From: a virus | Taxonomy: Duplodnaviria > Caudoviricetes | Length of the DNA stretch: 64,000 bases | IMG/VR virus record: IMGVR_UViG_3300037067_018433 | Direction: 5' to 3' (one strand) | In this document: positions 34,973-44,636 of the stretch, piece after piece | Layout: the number at the start of each line of letters is the position of its first letter | Position numbering within the stretch: position 1 is the first letter of the stretch | Notes under the pieces: generated by a model | The model's database searches: none | What the model was told of the DNA's origin: nothing | Seen by the model: only the letters and a program-made list of their open reading frames with translations | Translations under genes and position numbers: made by a program

Positions 34973-36670
34973 ATGCTGATTGCCATTCTCTCACCCTCGG
35001 TCAAGCACGACGGCCTGAAGGCGCCGCCGGCGGATCCCGTCGTGGGCGACGCGTACGTTGTGGCCGCGGGTGGCGAGGGCGCGTGGCTGGGGCTGGACGG
35101 CTCGCTAGTGGAGTGGCGCAGCAACGGCTGGGCGGTGCTCAACGATGGGGCGCTGGAGGCTGGGCGCGCGTTCATAGTGGCGGCAGGCGCCGGCGGCTCG
35201 TTCCTCGGTTACGATCAGCAGATCGCGGTTGTTGTTTCCCTCTGGACATCCAGCTACGCCTACCGGTTCCTCCTGCCGTTCGACGGCAGCGTGGTGTCCT
35301 GCACCCAGAGCCCCACGTACGATGGCTCGCTGTTCGTTTACAGCAACGAGATCGGTGGCTGGTCCAGGCATTCACCTGGCGGCGGTAGTGGGGTCACGGA
35401 TCATGCAGCGCTGCTGAACCTCGACGCGGCACACGCCGGGCACACGGGCTTCGAGTATACGGCGAACAAGGATCAAGCGGGCGGCTACGCGGGGCTGGAT
35501 GGGCAGCGGTACATCGACGGGGACCGGCTGCCCGCGATGAGCACGACGAAGCGCGGGGGAGTCCCGGCGACCGGCACACCCGCCGGTCTGTTTCTGCGCG
35601 ACGACGGGACGTTTGCGTCGGTCGGCGGTGGCGGCGCGCACGCGATCGGTGGGGCGTCCCACGTCGCCGACACCTTGGCCAACTTGAACACCAAGGTCAC
35701 GGACGCGGTCATCGAGTCGACCACGGGGAGCGCCGCCAAGGTTTCAGCACACGTGCTGGAATCCGACCCCCATACCCAGTACCAGTTGGACAGCGAGAGG
35801 GGTCAACCCTCGGGTTACGCCAGCCTCAACACCTTGAGCAAGGTCGAGCAGACCGCGCTGGCCGCGGATACCGCTCCGTGGTCTGGGCTCTCCGGCGTCC
35901 CGTCGACGTTTACGCCATCGGCGCACACCCATGTGGGGGGTGATGTCACCTCCCAGGTCTCGAGCGCGGCTTCAGCGGATGCCGTTCCGTGGACTGGGGT
36001 GAGCGGGAAGCCCTCCACGTTCGATCCTTCGCCCCATACGCATGGGGGCGGTGACATCACGTCCCAGGTCGGATCCGCCGCCGCTGCGGATGCTGTTCCG
36101 TGGACCGGAGTTTCGGGGAAGCCTTCTACCTTCGATCCTTCTCCTCACACTCACGGTGGCGGGGACATCACCTCCCAGGTGTCGTCGGCGGCGTCGGCGG
36201 ACGCTGTTCCATGGACCGGGGTGACGAACCCGCCCGCGACCTACGCGCCGTCCGCGCACGGTCACGCGCAGGCCGACGTCACCAACCTTGTGACCGACCT
36301 CTCGTCAAAAGAGACGCCGTCCGGTGCCCAGTCCAAGGTAGACGCGCACAAGGATCTTACGACCGGCGTGCACGGAGCTGGCGTTTCGACGTTGGCGACG
36401 ACCGCTAACATCGCGACCCACGCCGGGCTGTCCTCCAGCGTTCACGGATTCGACGCGAGCGGTAACGCCCCTCCGCAGTCGCACAACAACGCTGCGCACA
36501 GCGAGAGTTACGCCAAGGACGCCGACCTCTCGACCCACACGGGCCTGACGACGACCGCTCACGGCGGCATTCTCCCGTCGTCTTCGTTCTCGGGGCTAGC
36601 GAAGATCACGGTCGGTACCGTACCGCCGACAAACCCGAGTGTCGGGGACTTATGGATCGATTGCTCATAG
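34973..36670 (+). CDS. fibre protein with N-terminal DUF2793-like domain and HxH repeats
   Basis: PPADPVVGDAYVVAAGGEGAW.G.DG...W...GW; GYAGLD and GYASLN motifs; C-terminal PTNPSVGDLWID. Confidence 0.75.
   Translation: MLIAILSPSVKHDGLKAPPADPVVGDAYVVAAGGEGAWLGLDGSLVEWRSNGWAVLNDGALEAGRAFIVAAGAGGSFLGYDQQIAVVVSLWTSSYAYRFLLPFDGSVVSCTQSPTYDGSLFVYSNEIGGWSRHSPGGGSGVTDHAALLNLDAAHAGHTGFEYTANKDQAGGYAGLDGQRYIDGDRLPAMSTTKRGGVPATGTPAGLFLRDDGTFASVGGGGAHAIGGASHVADTLANLNTKVTDAVIESTTGSAAKVSAHVLESDPHTQYQLDSERGQPSGYASLNTLSKVEQTALAADTAPWSGLSGVPSTFTPSAHTHVGGDVTSQVSSAASADAVPWTGVSGKPSTFDPSPHTHGGGDITSQVGSAAAADAVPWTGVSGKPSTFDPSPHTHGGGDITSQVSSAASADAVPWTGVTNPPATYAPSAHGHAQADVTNLVTDLSSKETPSGAQSKVDAHKDLTTGVHGAGVSTLATTANIATHAGLSSSVHGFDASGNAPPQSHNNAAHSESYAKDADLSTHTGLTTTAHGGILPSSSFSGLAKITVGTVPPTNPSVGDLWIDCS
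35876..36280 (+). repeat. 111-bp (37-aa) tandem repeat, about 3.6 copies
   Basis: Units start at 35876, 35987, 36098 and 36209: PWTGVSGKPSTFDPSPHTHGGGDITSQVSSAASADAV. Confidence 0.9.
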
Positions 36671-36682
36671 GTAGGAGGGGCA

Positions 36683-37789
36683 ATGCCTTCGACACACGCT
36701 GCTCGTCTTGACCGCTGGCTAGGGCCGGGGGTGGCCGACCACCTGTCTATGCAGATGCGCAACTGGTACGGACCGCCGATCCCCGTGGCGGGAGTTCCCG
36801 GTGCCGTGTGGGCGCACAAGGGCGGCGACTTCCACGGGCGCATCCGCTCGGGTCAGTTCGTGTCGGGCCTGGATTGGGCGCTCATGCGGCTCAAGCGCGC
36901 GTCGCGCGAGTGGGCGCGCAAGAGTGTATCGCAGGCCAACGCGGGCTTCGCATCCTTGTCCGACCTGATCGCCGAGGCGAGCGCGGGGAAGCGGCGCGAG
37001 TTCTTCTGGAACAAGGTCGGGGCTACTGGCGTCGTTGGCGTGACGAACAGCCTATGGGGGCTCGGCAACCAACCGGCGGCGGGCGCGAATGCCGCCGCGG
37101 CACCGGCGGGTGAGTCGCCGACCAAGGCGACGACCGGCGCGATCAACTTCGACAACGTGTCCCCGGACACCCGTCACGTCGTCTCGGCCTGGGGGCAGGC
37201 GAGCGTCGCCGGGCAAAACCTCTTGCTCTATGACCGCATCTTCCAGGTGAACAAGACGATGGCCTCGACCGCGACCGAGGCCGTGACCGGGATCCCGACG
37301 CGCTACCAGTCGGTCACTCCAGGCGCCGCAGACAGCGCCGAAGGCAACTTCTTGTTCATCGAGGTCGGCGGAACCGCACTTGCCGCCACGGCGCACAACT
37401 GGACCGTCTGCACCTACCTCGATCAAATCAACGGCGCGAGCACGATGCCGTCGCTAGTTGGTAATGCAAGCGCGATCGTGCGGCGTCTCGACCACCCGGC
37501 CTATCAGTGGTTTGCGCCGCTCGCGAACGGCGACACAGGCGTCAAGGCGCTGACCCAGATGCAGTGCAGCGCGAGCGTGGCGACTGGCGTGATCAACTTC
37601 GTGATCGGGCACCCAATCGCCGTGATCCCGGTCCCGATCATCAACCTCGTGTGCCAGCAGGACTACGTCAACACCGCGTTCAACCTCGCGCGCATCTTCG
37701 ATGATGCGGCGCTTGCGCTGTTGGAGTTGATGAAGCCTGCGACGACGGCGACGACCTACAACGCCTCCGTGACCTCTGTGGCCGGATGA
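36683..37789 (+). CDS. putative virion structural protein (beta-rich)
   Basis: SD AGGAGG; Thr/Ala/Gly-rich; context. Confidence 0.65.
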   Translation: MPSTHAARLDRWLGPGVADHLSMQMRNWYGPPIPVAGVPGAVWAHKGGDFHGRIRSGQFVSGLDWALMRLKRASREWARKSVSQANAGFASLSDLIAEASAGKRREFFWNKVGATGVVGVTNSLWGLGNQPAAGANAAAAPAGESPTKATTGAINFDNVSPDTRHVVSAWGQASVAGQNLLLYDRIFQVNKTMASTATEAVTGIPTRYQSVTPGAADSAEGNFLFIEVGGTALAATAHNWTVCTYLDQINGASTMPSLVGNASAIVRRLDHPAYQWFAPLANGDTGVKALTQMQCSASVATGVINFVIGHPIAVIPVPIINLVCQQDYVNTAFNLARIFDDAALALLELMKPATTATTYNASVTSVAG

Positions 37790-38055
37790 ACGGCTTTCGG
37801 TTCGTCGGCGGTCGGCTGCGTCGCGACGGCGTCCGGTCCTGGGCCCCGACGCTCACGAGCCACGACCCCAACCCGCCGCTGCCGTTGGAGTCCGGCGGAG
37901 CACCGCCGACCTACTTCGGGATCCTCAAGCGGTGGACGGGTGCAGTGTGGATCAAGGAACCGGACATGCGGTGGTCGGGTGCGGCATGGGTTTCTGCCGT
38001 GACGAAGCGGTGGACCGGGGTCGCCTGGGTCACCGTGGATACGACTGGCGTATAG
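37786..38055 (+). CDS. small fibre-associated protein with three RW(T/S)GxxW repeats
   Basis: KRWTGAVW, MRWSGAAW, KRWTGVAW. Confidence 0.65.
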   Translation: MNGFRFVGGRLRRDGVRSWAPTLTSHDPNPPLPLESGGAPPTYFGILKRWTGAVWIKEPDMRWSGAAWVSAVTKRWTGVAWVTVDTTGV

Positions 38056-38058
38056 GGC

Positions 38059-38086
38059 TTGACAATCCCCGTCATTTCAGTAGGCT
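38059..38086 (+). promoter_or_regulatory. sigma70-type promoter TTGACA-N16-TAGGCT
   Basis: In the intergenic gap upstream of SD AAGGAG and ATG 38119. Confidence 0.5.
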
Positions 38087-38118
38087 GAAGGTGCCTGGAC
38101 AGGCGGAAGGAGTTGAAG

Positions 38119-38490
38119 ATGGCCGACGAGAAGACCGATACCACGCCCGCAGCTGCACCGGTGATCGAGGAGAAGTCGGTCCCGGTTCCTGCCCCCGCAC
38201 TCCCCGATACCATCCAGCTGAGCGAGCTCGAGACCCTTCGTCTCGCGTCGAGCAACAACCAGCTCGGCCGGATGGTGGCCGAGACGCGGATGCTGCAGAT
38301 GCAGATCCAGCAGACGTCCGCGCAGGTCAAGCAGTACGACGAGGACATCCAGGCGGCGAGCCAATCGCAGCAGTCCATGCTCGCTGAGGTCGGCGTCGCG
38401 CACGGCGTCGGTCCCGCCATCCGCCGCTACACCATCGATCTCAAGACCGGCGTCTGCTCGTTGAAGAAGGCGCCGCAGCCGAAGGGCTAG
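38119..38490 (+). CDS. coiled-coil protein
   Basis: SD AAGGAG; Gln-rich heptads. Confidence 0.7.
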   Translation: MADEKTDTTPAAAPVIEEKSVPVPAPALPDTIQLSELETLRLASSNNQLGRMVAETRMLQMQIQQTSAQVKQYDEDIQAASQSQQSMLAEVGVAHGVGPAIRRYTIDLKTGVCSLKKAPQPKG

Positions 38491-38500
38491 GTGATCGACC

Positions 38501-38641
38501 ATGACGGCACCGCGGCTATCCATCTCGACGCCGCGACCGTCGGTTGTTGCCGTCGGGTCTCCCGCGCCCTCTACAACGCCGCAACCGCCAACGCCCTCGG
38601 CTAGTACGCCGAAGCCGTCGGTCGTGGGGATAGGGTCGTAG
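38501..38641 (+). CDS. 46-aa Ser/Thr/Pro-rich microprotein (not in ORF track)
   Basis: ATG...TAG fills the gap between genes; internal repeat STPRPSVVAVGS / STPKPSVVGIGS. Confidence 0.5.
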   Translation: MTAPRLSISTPRPSVVAVGSPAPSTTPQPPTPSASTPKPSVVGIGS

Positions 38642-38642
38642 C

Positions 38643-39599
38643 ATGCCGGTCACGAACACCGATCTCACCATCCGCATGTTCGTGGACGACATCGCGACGG
38701 TCATCGCCGCGTACAACAGGATCAAGGTCTTCCGGTCCATCGGCAACGAGCTTGGTCCGTGGGAGGAGATCACCGGACCCGCCCTGATTGCGGCGACGCT
38801 GGGTGGCAGCGAGACCGAGCCCTTCCTGCTCAACGGGCTCACGCTCGAGCTCACGGTCGACGGCGTGTCGCCTATCACCGTGGCGTTCGCGGGCGCCGAC
38901 CCGTACACAGCGGCCGCTGCCGCGACGGACATCACCACGGCCCTGGGGGCGTTGGGCACCGCTTCCGACGACGGTACGGGCAAGGTCCGGATGTGGACCA
39001 CGAACACCGGGACCGATGCCAGCTTCGAGATCACCGGGGGCACGGGTTACGCCAACCTCGGTTTCCAGCTCAACCAGTACGACATCGGGGAGGACGCTCG
39101 CATCACGCTGTCGGCCGGCGTGCAGGACTACAGCGAGATCGACCACAACGGGTCGCGCGACTACTGGTACCGGACCCGCTACTACCACACCGGTACCGGT
39201 GCGCAGAGCGAGTACTCCACGGCGTTCCCGGGGGCCACCGTCCTCAAGATGCCGAGCACCGACCTCATCACGGGCACCGTGCATCTGGTGGACCTGCGGG
39301 GCAACGCGCTGCCGCACCAACGCATCTCCATGTACAACCTGTTCGAGCCCAGCATCCGTTCCACGTACGGCGTCTTCGGAATGGAGCACGACTTCTACAC
39401 GGACGAGGACGGGTACGGTGAGTCGGTGTTCGTGCGTGGGGCGCTGGTCGAAGTGACGTTCGAGAACACCAGCGTCAACCGCCGCATCCGCGTGCCGACG
39501 AGCGGCTCCGAGTTCGACATCCTCGACCCGACCCTGGCCCCTGACATTTTTGGGATCTCAAGCCCAACTTACGTGTGGGCTGAGAGGCGGAGTCCCTAA
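38643..39599 (+). CDS. virion structural protein
   Basis: Beta-rich, Thr/Gly-rich; structural context. Confidence 0.65.
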   Translation: MPVTNTDLTIRMFVDDIATVIAAYNRIKVFRSIGNELGPWEEITGPALIAATLGGSETEPFLLNGLTLELTVDGVSPITVAFAGADPYTAAAAATDITTALGALGTASDDGTGKVRMWTTNTGTDASFEITGGTGYANLGFQLNQYDIGEDARITLSAGVQDYSEIDHNGSRDYWYRTRYYHTGTGAQSEYSTAFPGATVLKMPSTDLITGTVHLVDLRGNALPHQRISMYNLFEPSIRSTYGVFGMEHDFYTDEDGYGESVFVRGALVEVTFENTSVNRRIRVPTSGSEFDILDPTLAPDIFGISSPTYVWAERRSP

Positions 39600-40501
39600 T
39601 GGGCGTCGTAACCGTCCGCGTCTACACGTTGTCCGATGTGCCCCCCGACACGCCCATCGTGGGGTCCACCGTCCGCATCTACGACTCGACGGGAACGACG
39701 TTCATCACCGCGGGCGTGACCAACGCCCTCGGCTACTTTCAGTTCGACGTGATCGGCACCCCCACGCCGGGTACCACGTACCAGGCGCGTTGCAGCAAGA
39801 CAGGGATCGGGTTCACGAGCCCCGAGTTGATCGCGGTACTCGACCCGCTACCGGTCGGCGTCGACAACAACTTCGTGGTGTACGGGACGGTGTTCGTGTT
39901 GCCGGTGGCCACCGACGCCTACTTCTGCCGGTGCAGCGGCTTCTTCATCAACGCCGGCGGCGTGCCGCTCGATGACTTGATGCTGCGCTTCGTCAACATG
40001 TTCGACCCGGTCATCGTCGACAACCGCTGTGTTTCGGGTTCGCTCGAGGTGCGTACCGACGCGCTTGGGTATGCGGTGGTCGACCTCGTGCGGAGCGGCA
40101 AGTACACCGCGCAGCTGGCGGGGTTGCACGACGAGCGGCTCAACATCATCGTTCCTGACCGTACATCGATCAGCTTGATCGACCTCCTGTTCCCCGTGGT
40201 CTACAGCATCACGTTCGACATTCCTGGTCCCTGGACCATGGCTGTCGGATCAAGTGTGGTGCTCACGCCTGCCGTTCTTTCCTCGACGTTCGTCACCATG
40301 GAGGGTACGGCCAACGGAGACGTCGAGTACTCCACGGCCGATTCGTCCGTGGCCTCAATACAGACCGGGGAAGACAGCATCACGATCGTGGGAGTGCGGG
40401 CGGGCTCGACCACTTTGGTCCTGACTCGGCGCGACGACTCGATCATCAGGAACCCCAACCCCGACATCATCGGGACCGGGGTCGCCATCACGGTGGTGTA
40501 G
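39599..40501 (+). CDS. structural protein with carboxypeptidase-regulatory-like and Ig-like domains
   Basis: PIVGSTVRIYD..G....GVTNALGYF; YSTADSSVASI...ITIVGVRAGSTTL (Big_2-like). Confidence 0.6.
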   Translation: MGVVTVRVYTLSDVPPDTPIVGSTVRIYDSTGTTFITAGVTNALGYFQFDVIGTPTPGTTYQARCSKTGIGFTSPELIAVLDPLPVGVDNNFVVYGTVFVLPVATDAYFCRCSGFFINAGGVPLDDLMLRFVNMFDPVIVDNRCVSGSLEVRTDALGYAVVDLVRSGKYTAQLAGLHDERLNIIVPDRTSISLIDLLFPVVYSITFDIPGPWTMAVGSSVVLTPAVLSSTFVTMEGTANGDVEYSTADSSVASIQTGEDSITIVGVRAGSTTLVLTRRDDSIIRNPNPDIIGTGVAITVV

Positions 40502-40529
40502 ATCCTGATATCGGCGCGCTGGTCAGGCG

Positions 40530-40922
40530 GTGGGTTTGGGCGTCGAGATCCCAAGGGGCGGACTGGACGAGCTTAGCGTCGTGGCATCACGCATGGGGCT
40601 GTCCTATGGCGTGTCCGACGGCGCGTGTGCTCCAGGATCCGTCGAGAGGAACTGGCTCATCGGCACGGTGGCACGTGCGGTAGCCGAGTTCGTCCGCTAC
40701 AAGAACGCCACCAATCCACGGTCGAAGATGGTGTACAAGCGCGCACAGCTCTGGCTGTTCACCACGTACAACGGCAAGGGCCCGCCCCCCGGCAGCTTCG
40801 AGTGGTGCTGCGAGTGGTTGGATGAGGACCCAGAGATCGGTCGAGCACGCGCCCTCAGCCTGGACATAGCAGACCTACCGAAGGTGGACCACTTCAGCAG
40901 TGATCGATCGAGGCGCAAATGA
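40530..40922 (+). CDS. conserved hypothetical phage protein
   Basis: AQLWLF...SFEWCCEWLDEDP pattern; start uncertain. Confidence 0.6.
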   Translation: MGLGVEIPRGGLDELSVVASRMGLSYGVSDGACAPGSVERNWLIGTVARAVAEFVRYKNATNPRSKMVYKRAQLWLFTTYNGKGPPPGSFEWCCEWLDEDPEIGRARALSLDIADLPKVDHFSSDRSRRK

Positions 40923-43651
40923 CCATCGCGCGCGCCGAGGTCGACTCGGTCGTCTCCGAGCTGTTCCGCCAGCGTCGCCGGCAGTGGACTGGTATGGGCG
41001 GCGGTGGCAACCCGCACGAGACGTGGGCCGACCTACAGAGCATGGTGTCCATGGGCTTCCTGTTGGACGCGGACGCCGTGTTCACGGTGGCCCTGTGGGC
41101 GTCGGCGCAGCTGAACGCGTCCCTGGGTCAGCTGCAGACCATCGTCACGACCATGGACACGGCCGCCGCCCAGCTGTCCGCGGACACGCCCCCGGCACTG
41201 GCCGCCAGCCCGCAGCTCAACCAGGCGTCCTGGGCTCTCAACCAGGCGCTCATCACGCTCGATGGGGCTGCAGCCAGTTCCGCTTCTGGCAAGATCACCG
41301 AGGCCCGCACCAAGCTCGAGGAGTTTGCGACCGCGTCGCTGGCGCCGGTTGTCAGTCCCGGGCTAACGGGCCAGGACCAGCGGACGCCGTCCGAGGCGCG
41401 GGCGGAGCTCCAGACGCAGCTGCCTCTGCTGAGCGCCCAGCTGTCCATGGTCGAGGACGCGGTTGACGTGCTGGACGTCTTGGTGGAGGACCTGGACGTG
41501 GTCCTGCCCCCGGCTTCCGTCACGCGCTTCGTGCGTCAGGTGAAGACCGACGTGGACGCCATCCGCACTCGGTTCCTGGCGCAGGCCGAGACCGAGCGGC
41601 TGACCCAGGCGCGTACCGACCTCATCCGGCTGGCCGCCGACTGTGCGACGCTAGAGCGGTTGACGAGCGTGGTCGAGCCGACCCTGGTCCGGACCAGCGT
41701 GGCGTGCACGGCCTACGGCAGCGGCGACGGGGCGCCGGTCGTGGGCACGATCTCCGCGCCCTACGAGCTGTTGGACGGAGTCACCGACCAGCTGCGCCTC
41801 GGGTTTGACGGGGGTGTCGTCACCCAGTACAGCCTTCCCGATCAACCGAACGTGCTGTACCTGGACTTTCCGATCTCGCTGCCGGTTGGTGGGTGGTATA
41901 CGGTTCCGGGACCGGGTCCGTGGACGTTCAGGCTCTCGGTGGACGGGCGCCAGGGGGCGGCGGTCAGCATCGCCGCAGGTATGTGGACGGTAGCCGCGGT
42001 CCTTGGGGCGGTCGGCGCGGTGTTCGGCGCCATCCCGGAGAACCCGCCGCTGTCCCCCTTCCTGTTGGTCAACTCGTCCTTGGTCATCGGTCCGCCGCCT
42101 CCGATCGTGACCCTCTACTCCACGGTTCGGATGCTCTACAACGTCGGTGTTCCGCTGCCTCCCAACCCGGGCATTGGCGCGTACATAGAGATCACCGGTG
42201 ACGCCGCGTTGATGAACGCCTTCGGGTTCATGGGGCAGGATCTGGACAACCCGCTGGTGAAGACCGAGCGCGTCTACTGGAGGCCGGTCGAGCGCCGGGA
42301 GGTTACGGCGTTCCTTCAGCGCCAGACGTACGCAGGCTCCCAGTTTGGGGAGCGCGTGCGGATGTACCCCACCTCGCGCATCGTGACTTCCGGGAAGCGC
42401 GGGTACATCACGCCGGCAGCGCCGACGACGTTCGGGTGCTTCAACTACAGCGGTACCGGCGTGTGGTACCCGGACATCACGCGCTTGACGCTGTCCGGCG
42501 ACGATCTGGCGCTCGTCCAGGTGGGGGACCGCGTGGTGTTCTCCGGGGTCGTGGCCGTCTACCAGGTGACGCGCATCCGCGAGGATGGTGTGGAGTTAGC
42601 GTGGGTCTCGGGGGCCGTGGCAGCCGCCGGCAGCTACGCCACCACCGTCTCGCCACCCGTGGGCTCCGTCACCGCGGGCATGACCCTGACGTTCGAGGAT
42701 CGTGGTCAACAGGTCTACGCCCGGATCTCCGGTGTTTCGTACGACGCCAACGGCCGCCTTCTCCTGGCGCTTGACCGTCGGCCGTCAACCCTTCCGTACG
42801 GCGCCACCTACTCCTTGTCGTACACAGTGATCAGTGATGTGCTGACCATCCAGTCGGCCAACAACGGAACCACTGGGCGCACGGAGGTCTCGGCGTTCAT
42901 CGGGGCTGATGCCAGCCCGGCACTGGGTCTGGCGTCGGGTACCGACGTGTCCACGGTCGACCAGCTGTACGGGGCCACCGCGGACTTCACGACCGCCGGC
43001 GTGCAGATCGGCGACTACGTGTACCTCGGAGGCGCGCTCCTGGCGGAGGTCCAGGAGTTGGTAAGCAGCAAGGTCGTACGCGTAGATCGACAGCTGTTGG
43101 GGACGGTCTCCGGGACCATGGAGTTCCGTCATCGCCTCTACCAGCTGTACGAGGACCTGCGGCTCACGTTCCCGGTCCTAGACACGGCGCCCACGATCGA
43201 CGATATCCAGCTGCAGGTGAACGAGTGCCTGCGCGCGCCGCAAACGCTGCGGGCTGCCGCCGTTCTGCGCACCGAGCTGGCGGCGTTGACGGTAGTGATC
43301 ACTACACTGCAAGCGGCCATCACCAGCTTCCGCGCCGAGTTCGGCACGCCCAGTGCCGTCATGCGAGATTGCCGTGACGCGCTCGAGGAGTCAGGGGCCG
43401 ACCGTGCGCTGAACCTGCTGTCCACCGGACGGTTGGCCGACCTGTTCTCGGCCAGCACCGACGACTCCTCCTACAGCCGACGGCTCATGCGCTCGATGCG
43501 CAAGGTGAGCCGTACGACGTTGGGTACGTCGGTGTTCGCGCAGTCCATTCGCCAGGAAGCCGACGCCCTGGCGGCCGCCGATTCCCCCGACCTGGGTATC
43601 GACATCCTGGCGCAGGTGGAGACGGGCGGGCCGGGGAGCACGAAGCGATGA
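40919..43651 (+). CDS. large structural protein (helical ends, beta-rich core)
   Basis: 910 aa; ATGA coupled; immediately upstream of the baseplate genes. Confidence 0.7.
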   Translation: MTIARAEVDSVVSELFRQRRRQWTGMGGGGNPHETWADLQSMVSMGFLLDADAVFTVALWASAQLNASLGQLQTIVTTMDTAAAQLSADTPPALAASPQLNQASWALNQALITLDGAAASSASGKITEARTKLEEFATASLAPVVSPGLTGQDQRTPSEARAELQTQLPLLSAQLSMVEDAVDVLDVLVEDLDVVLPPASVTRFVRQVKTDVDAIRTRFLAQAETERLTQARTDLIRLAADCATLERLTSVVEPTLVRTSVACTAYGSGDGAPVVGTISAPYELLDGVTDQLRLGFDGGVVTQYSLPDQPNVLYLDFPISLPVGGWYTVPGPGPWTFRLSVDGRQGAAVSIAAGMWTVAAVLGAVGAVFGAIPENPPLSPFLLVNSSLVIGPPPPIVTLYSTVRMLYNVGVPLPPNPGIGAYIEITGDAALMNAFGFMGQDLDNPLVKTERVYWRPVERREVTAFLQRQTYAGSQFGERVRMYPTSRIVTSGKRGYITPAAPTTFGCFNYSGTGVWYPDITRLTLSGDDLALVQVGDRVVFSGVVAVYQVTRIREDGVELAWVSGAVAAAGSYATTVSPPVGSVTAGMTLTFEDRGQQVYARISGVSYDANGRLLLALDRRPSTLPYGATYSLSYTVISDVLTIQSANNGTTGRTEVSAFIGADASPALGLASGTDVSTVDQLYGATADFTTAGVQIGDYVYLGGALLAEVQELVSSKVVRVDRQLLGTVSGTMEFRHRLYQLYEDLRLTFPVLDTAPTIDDIQLQVNECLRAPQTLRAAAVLRTELAALTVVITTLQAAITSFRAEFGTPSAVMRDCRDALEESGADRALNLLSTGRLADLFSASTDDSSYSRRLMRSMRKVSRTTLGTSVFAQSIRQEADALAAADSPDLGIDILAQVETGGPGSTKR

Positions 43652-43980
43652 GCGACCAGTCCAACCGCACGCAGGAAATCAAGATCCGCCTTCGGGCCGA
43701 GGTGTCCGAGGGCTACGCCATGGTGAAGAGCGCGGCGCTGTCCGAGGCGCTGGCGCAGGCCACCCCCGAGCAGCTGATGGTCGAGCAGCTGGATGCGCTG
43801 GCCGGCACCTCGTCCAATCCACGAAGCCCGTCGTATTTGGAGCGTGTGCGGTCGACGCGCGCCAAGCTGCGCTCGGCCATCGAACAGATCCGCGGCATGT
43901 CGCCCGAGGAGCTGGCGTCCTCCAGTGCCGCGGACACCGAGGACACGGCGCTCACGGAGGAAGCTGATGGCGGTTCGTAG
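43648..43980 (+). CDS. hypothetical helical protein
   Basis: SD GGAG; ATGA overlap. Confidence 0.65.
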   Translation: MSDQSNRTQEIKIRLRAEVSEGYAMVKSAALSEALAQATPEQLMVEQLDALAGTSSNPRSPSYLERVRSTRAKLRSAIEQIRGMSPEELASSSAADTEDTALTEEADGGS

Positions 43981-44635
43981 ACGGAAGCTGACGCTGCGCG
44001 TCGTGCATCTTCGCCGGCTGCTGGACTTGTCCAGCGTCCGCGAAGTTCCGGGCATCAGCCCGCGGACCATCGAAGTGACGGGTACGCGCATGGACTTGAC
44101 CACCAGGGTCGAGGTCAACGAGACGGTCGTCTCCGACTTCGCGGCCACCGACAGCACCCACTTGATCATTACGCTGCCTACGTCCATGAAGTCGCGCATC
44201 CAGTCCATCGCCGTACTCTCGGAGTCCGTCGACCCCGGTGGCAGCAGCCGCGCGTACTACGACCTTGGGCTGCGCCCGATCTTGACCGACGGCAAGTACC
44301 GCGTGCTCCAGCGCTTCATCAAGCTGCTGCTCACGACGCCGGGCACCGACATCTGGAGCAAGTCGTCGGGCGCCGGCCTCCGTGCACTGCAGGTCACCAA
44401 CATCGACGAGAAGAATGCGTCGGGCGTGTCCGGTGAGGTATCCTCGAAGGTGATGCAGGCAAGGGACCAGCTTCTGTTGGCGCAGGCGCAGGACAACAGC
44501 GTGCCGATGGCCGAGCGCCTGTTGGACGCCAGCGTCAACGGCGTCGAGTTCTCTCTGGCGACCGTCTCGTTGAAGGTGCGCATCACGCTCACGTTCCAGG
44601 ACGGGGCGTTCCTGGCTGCGGATGTAGGGTGGTAG
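43967..44635 (+). CDS. baseplate wedge protein, gp25/GPW-like C-terminal domain
   Basis: G.YRVLQRFIKLLLTTPGTDIW....GAGL...ERLL; directly precedes the J-like gene. Confidence 0.65.
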   Translation: MAVRRRKLTLRVVHLRRLLDLSSVREVPGISPRTIEVTGTRMDLTTRVEVNETVVSDFAATDSTHLIITLPTSMKSRIQSIAVLSESVDPGGSSRAYYDLGLRPILTDGKYRVLQRFIKLLLTTPGTDIWSKSSGAGLRALQVTNIDEKNASGVSGEVSSKVMQARDQLLLAQAQDNSVPMAERLLDASVNGVEFSLATVSLKVRITLTFQDGAFLAADVGW

Positions 44636-44636
44636 G

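Noticed and set aside
35876-36280. CRISPR array or DGR template/variable repeat
   Set aside because: Contiguous in-frame coding repeats without spacers; differences are synonymous rather than adenine-specific; no reverse transcriptase seen
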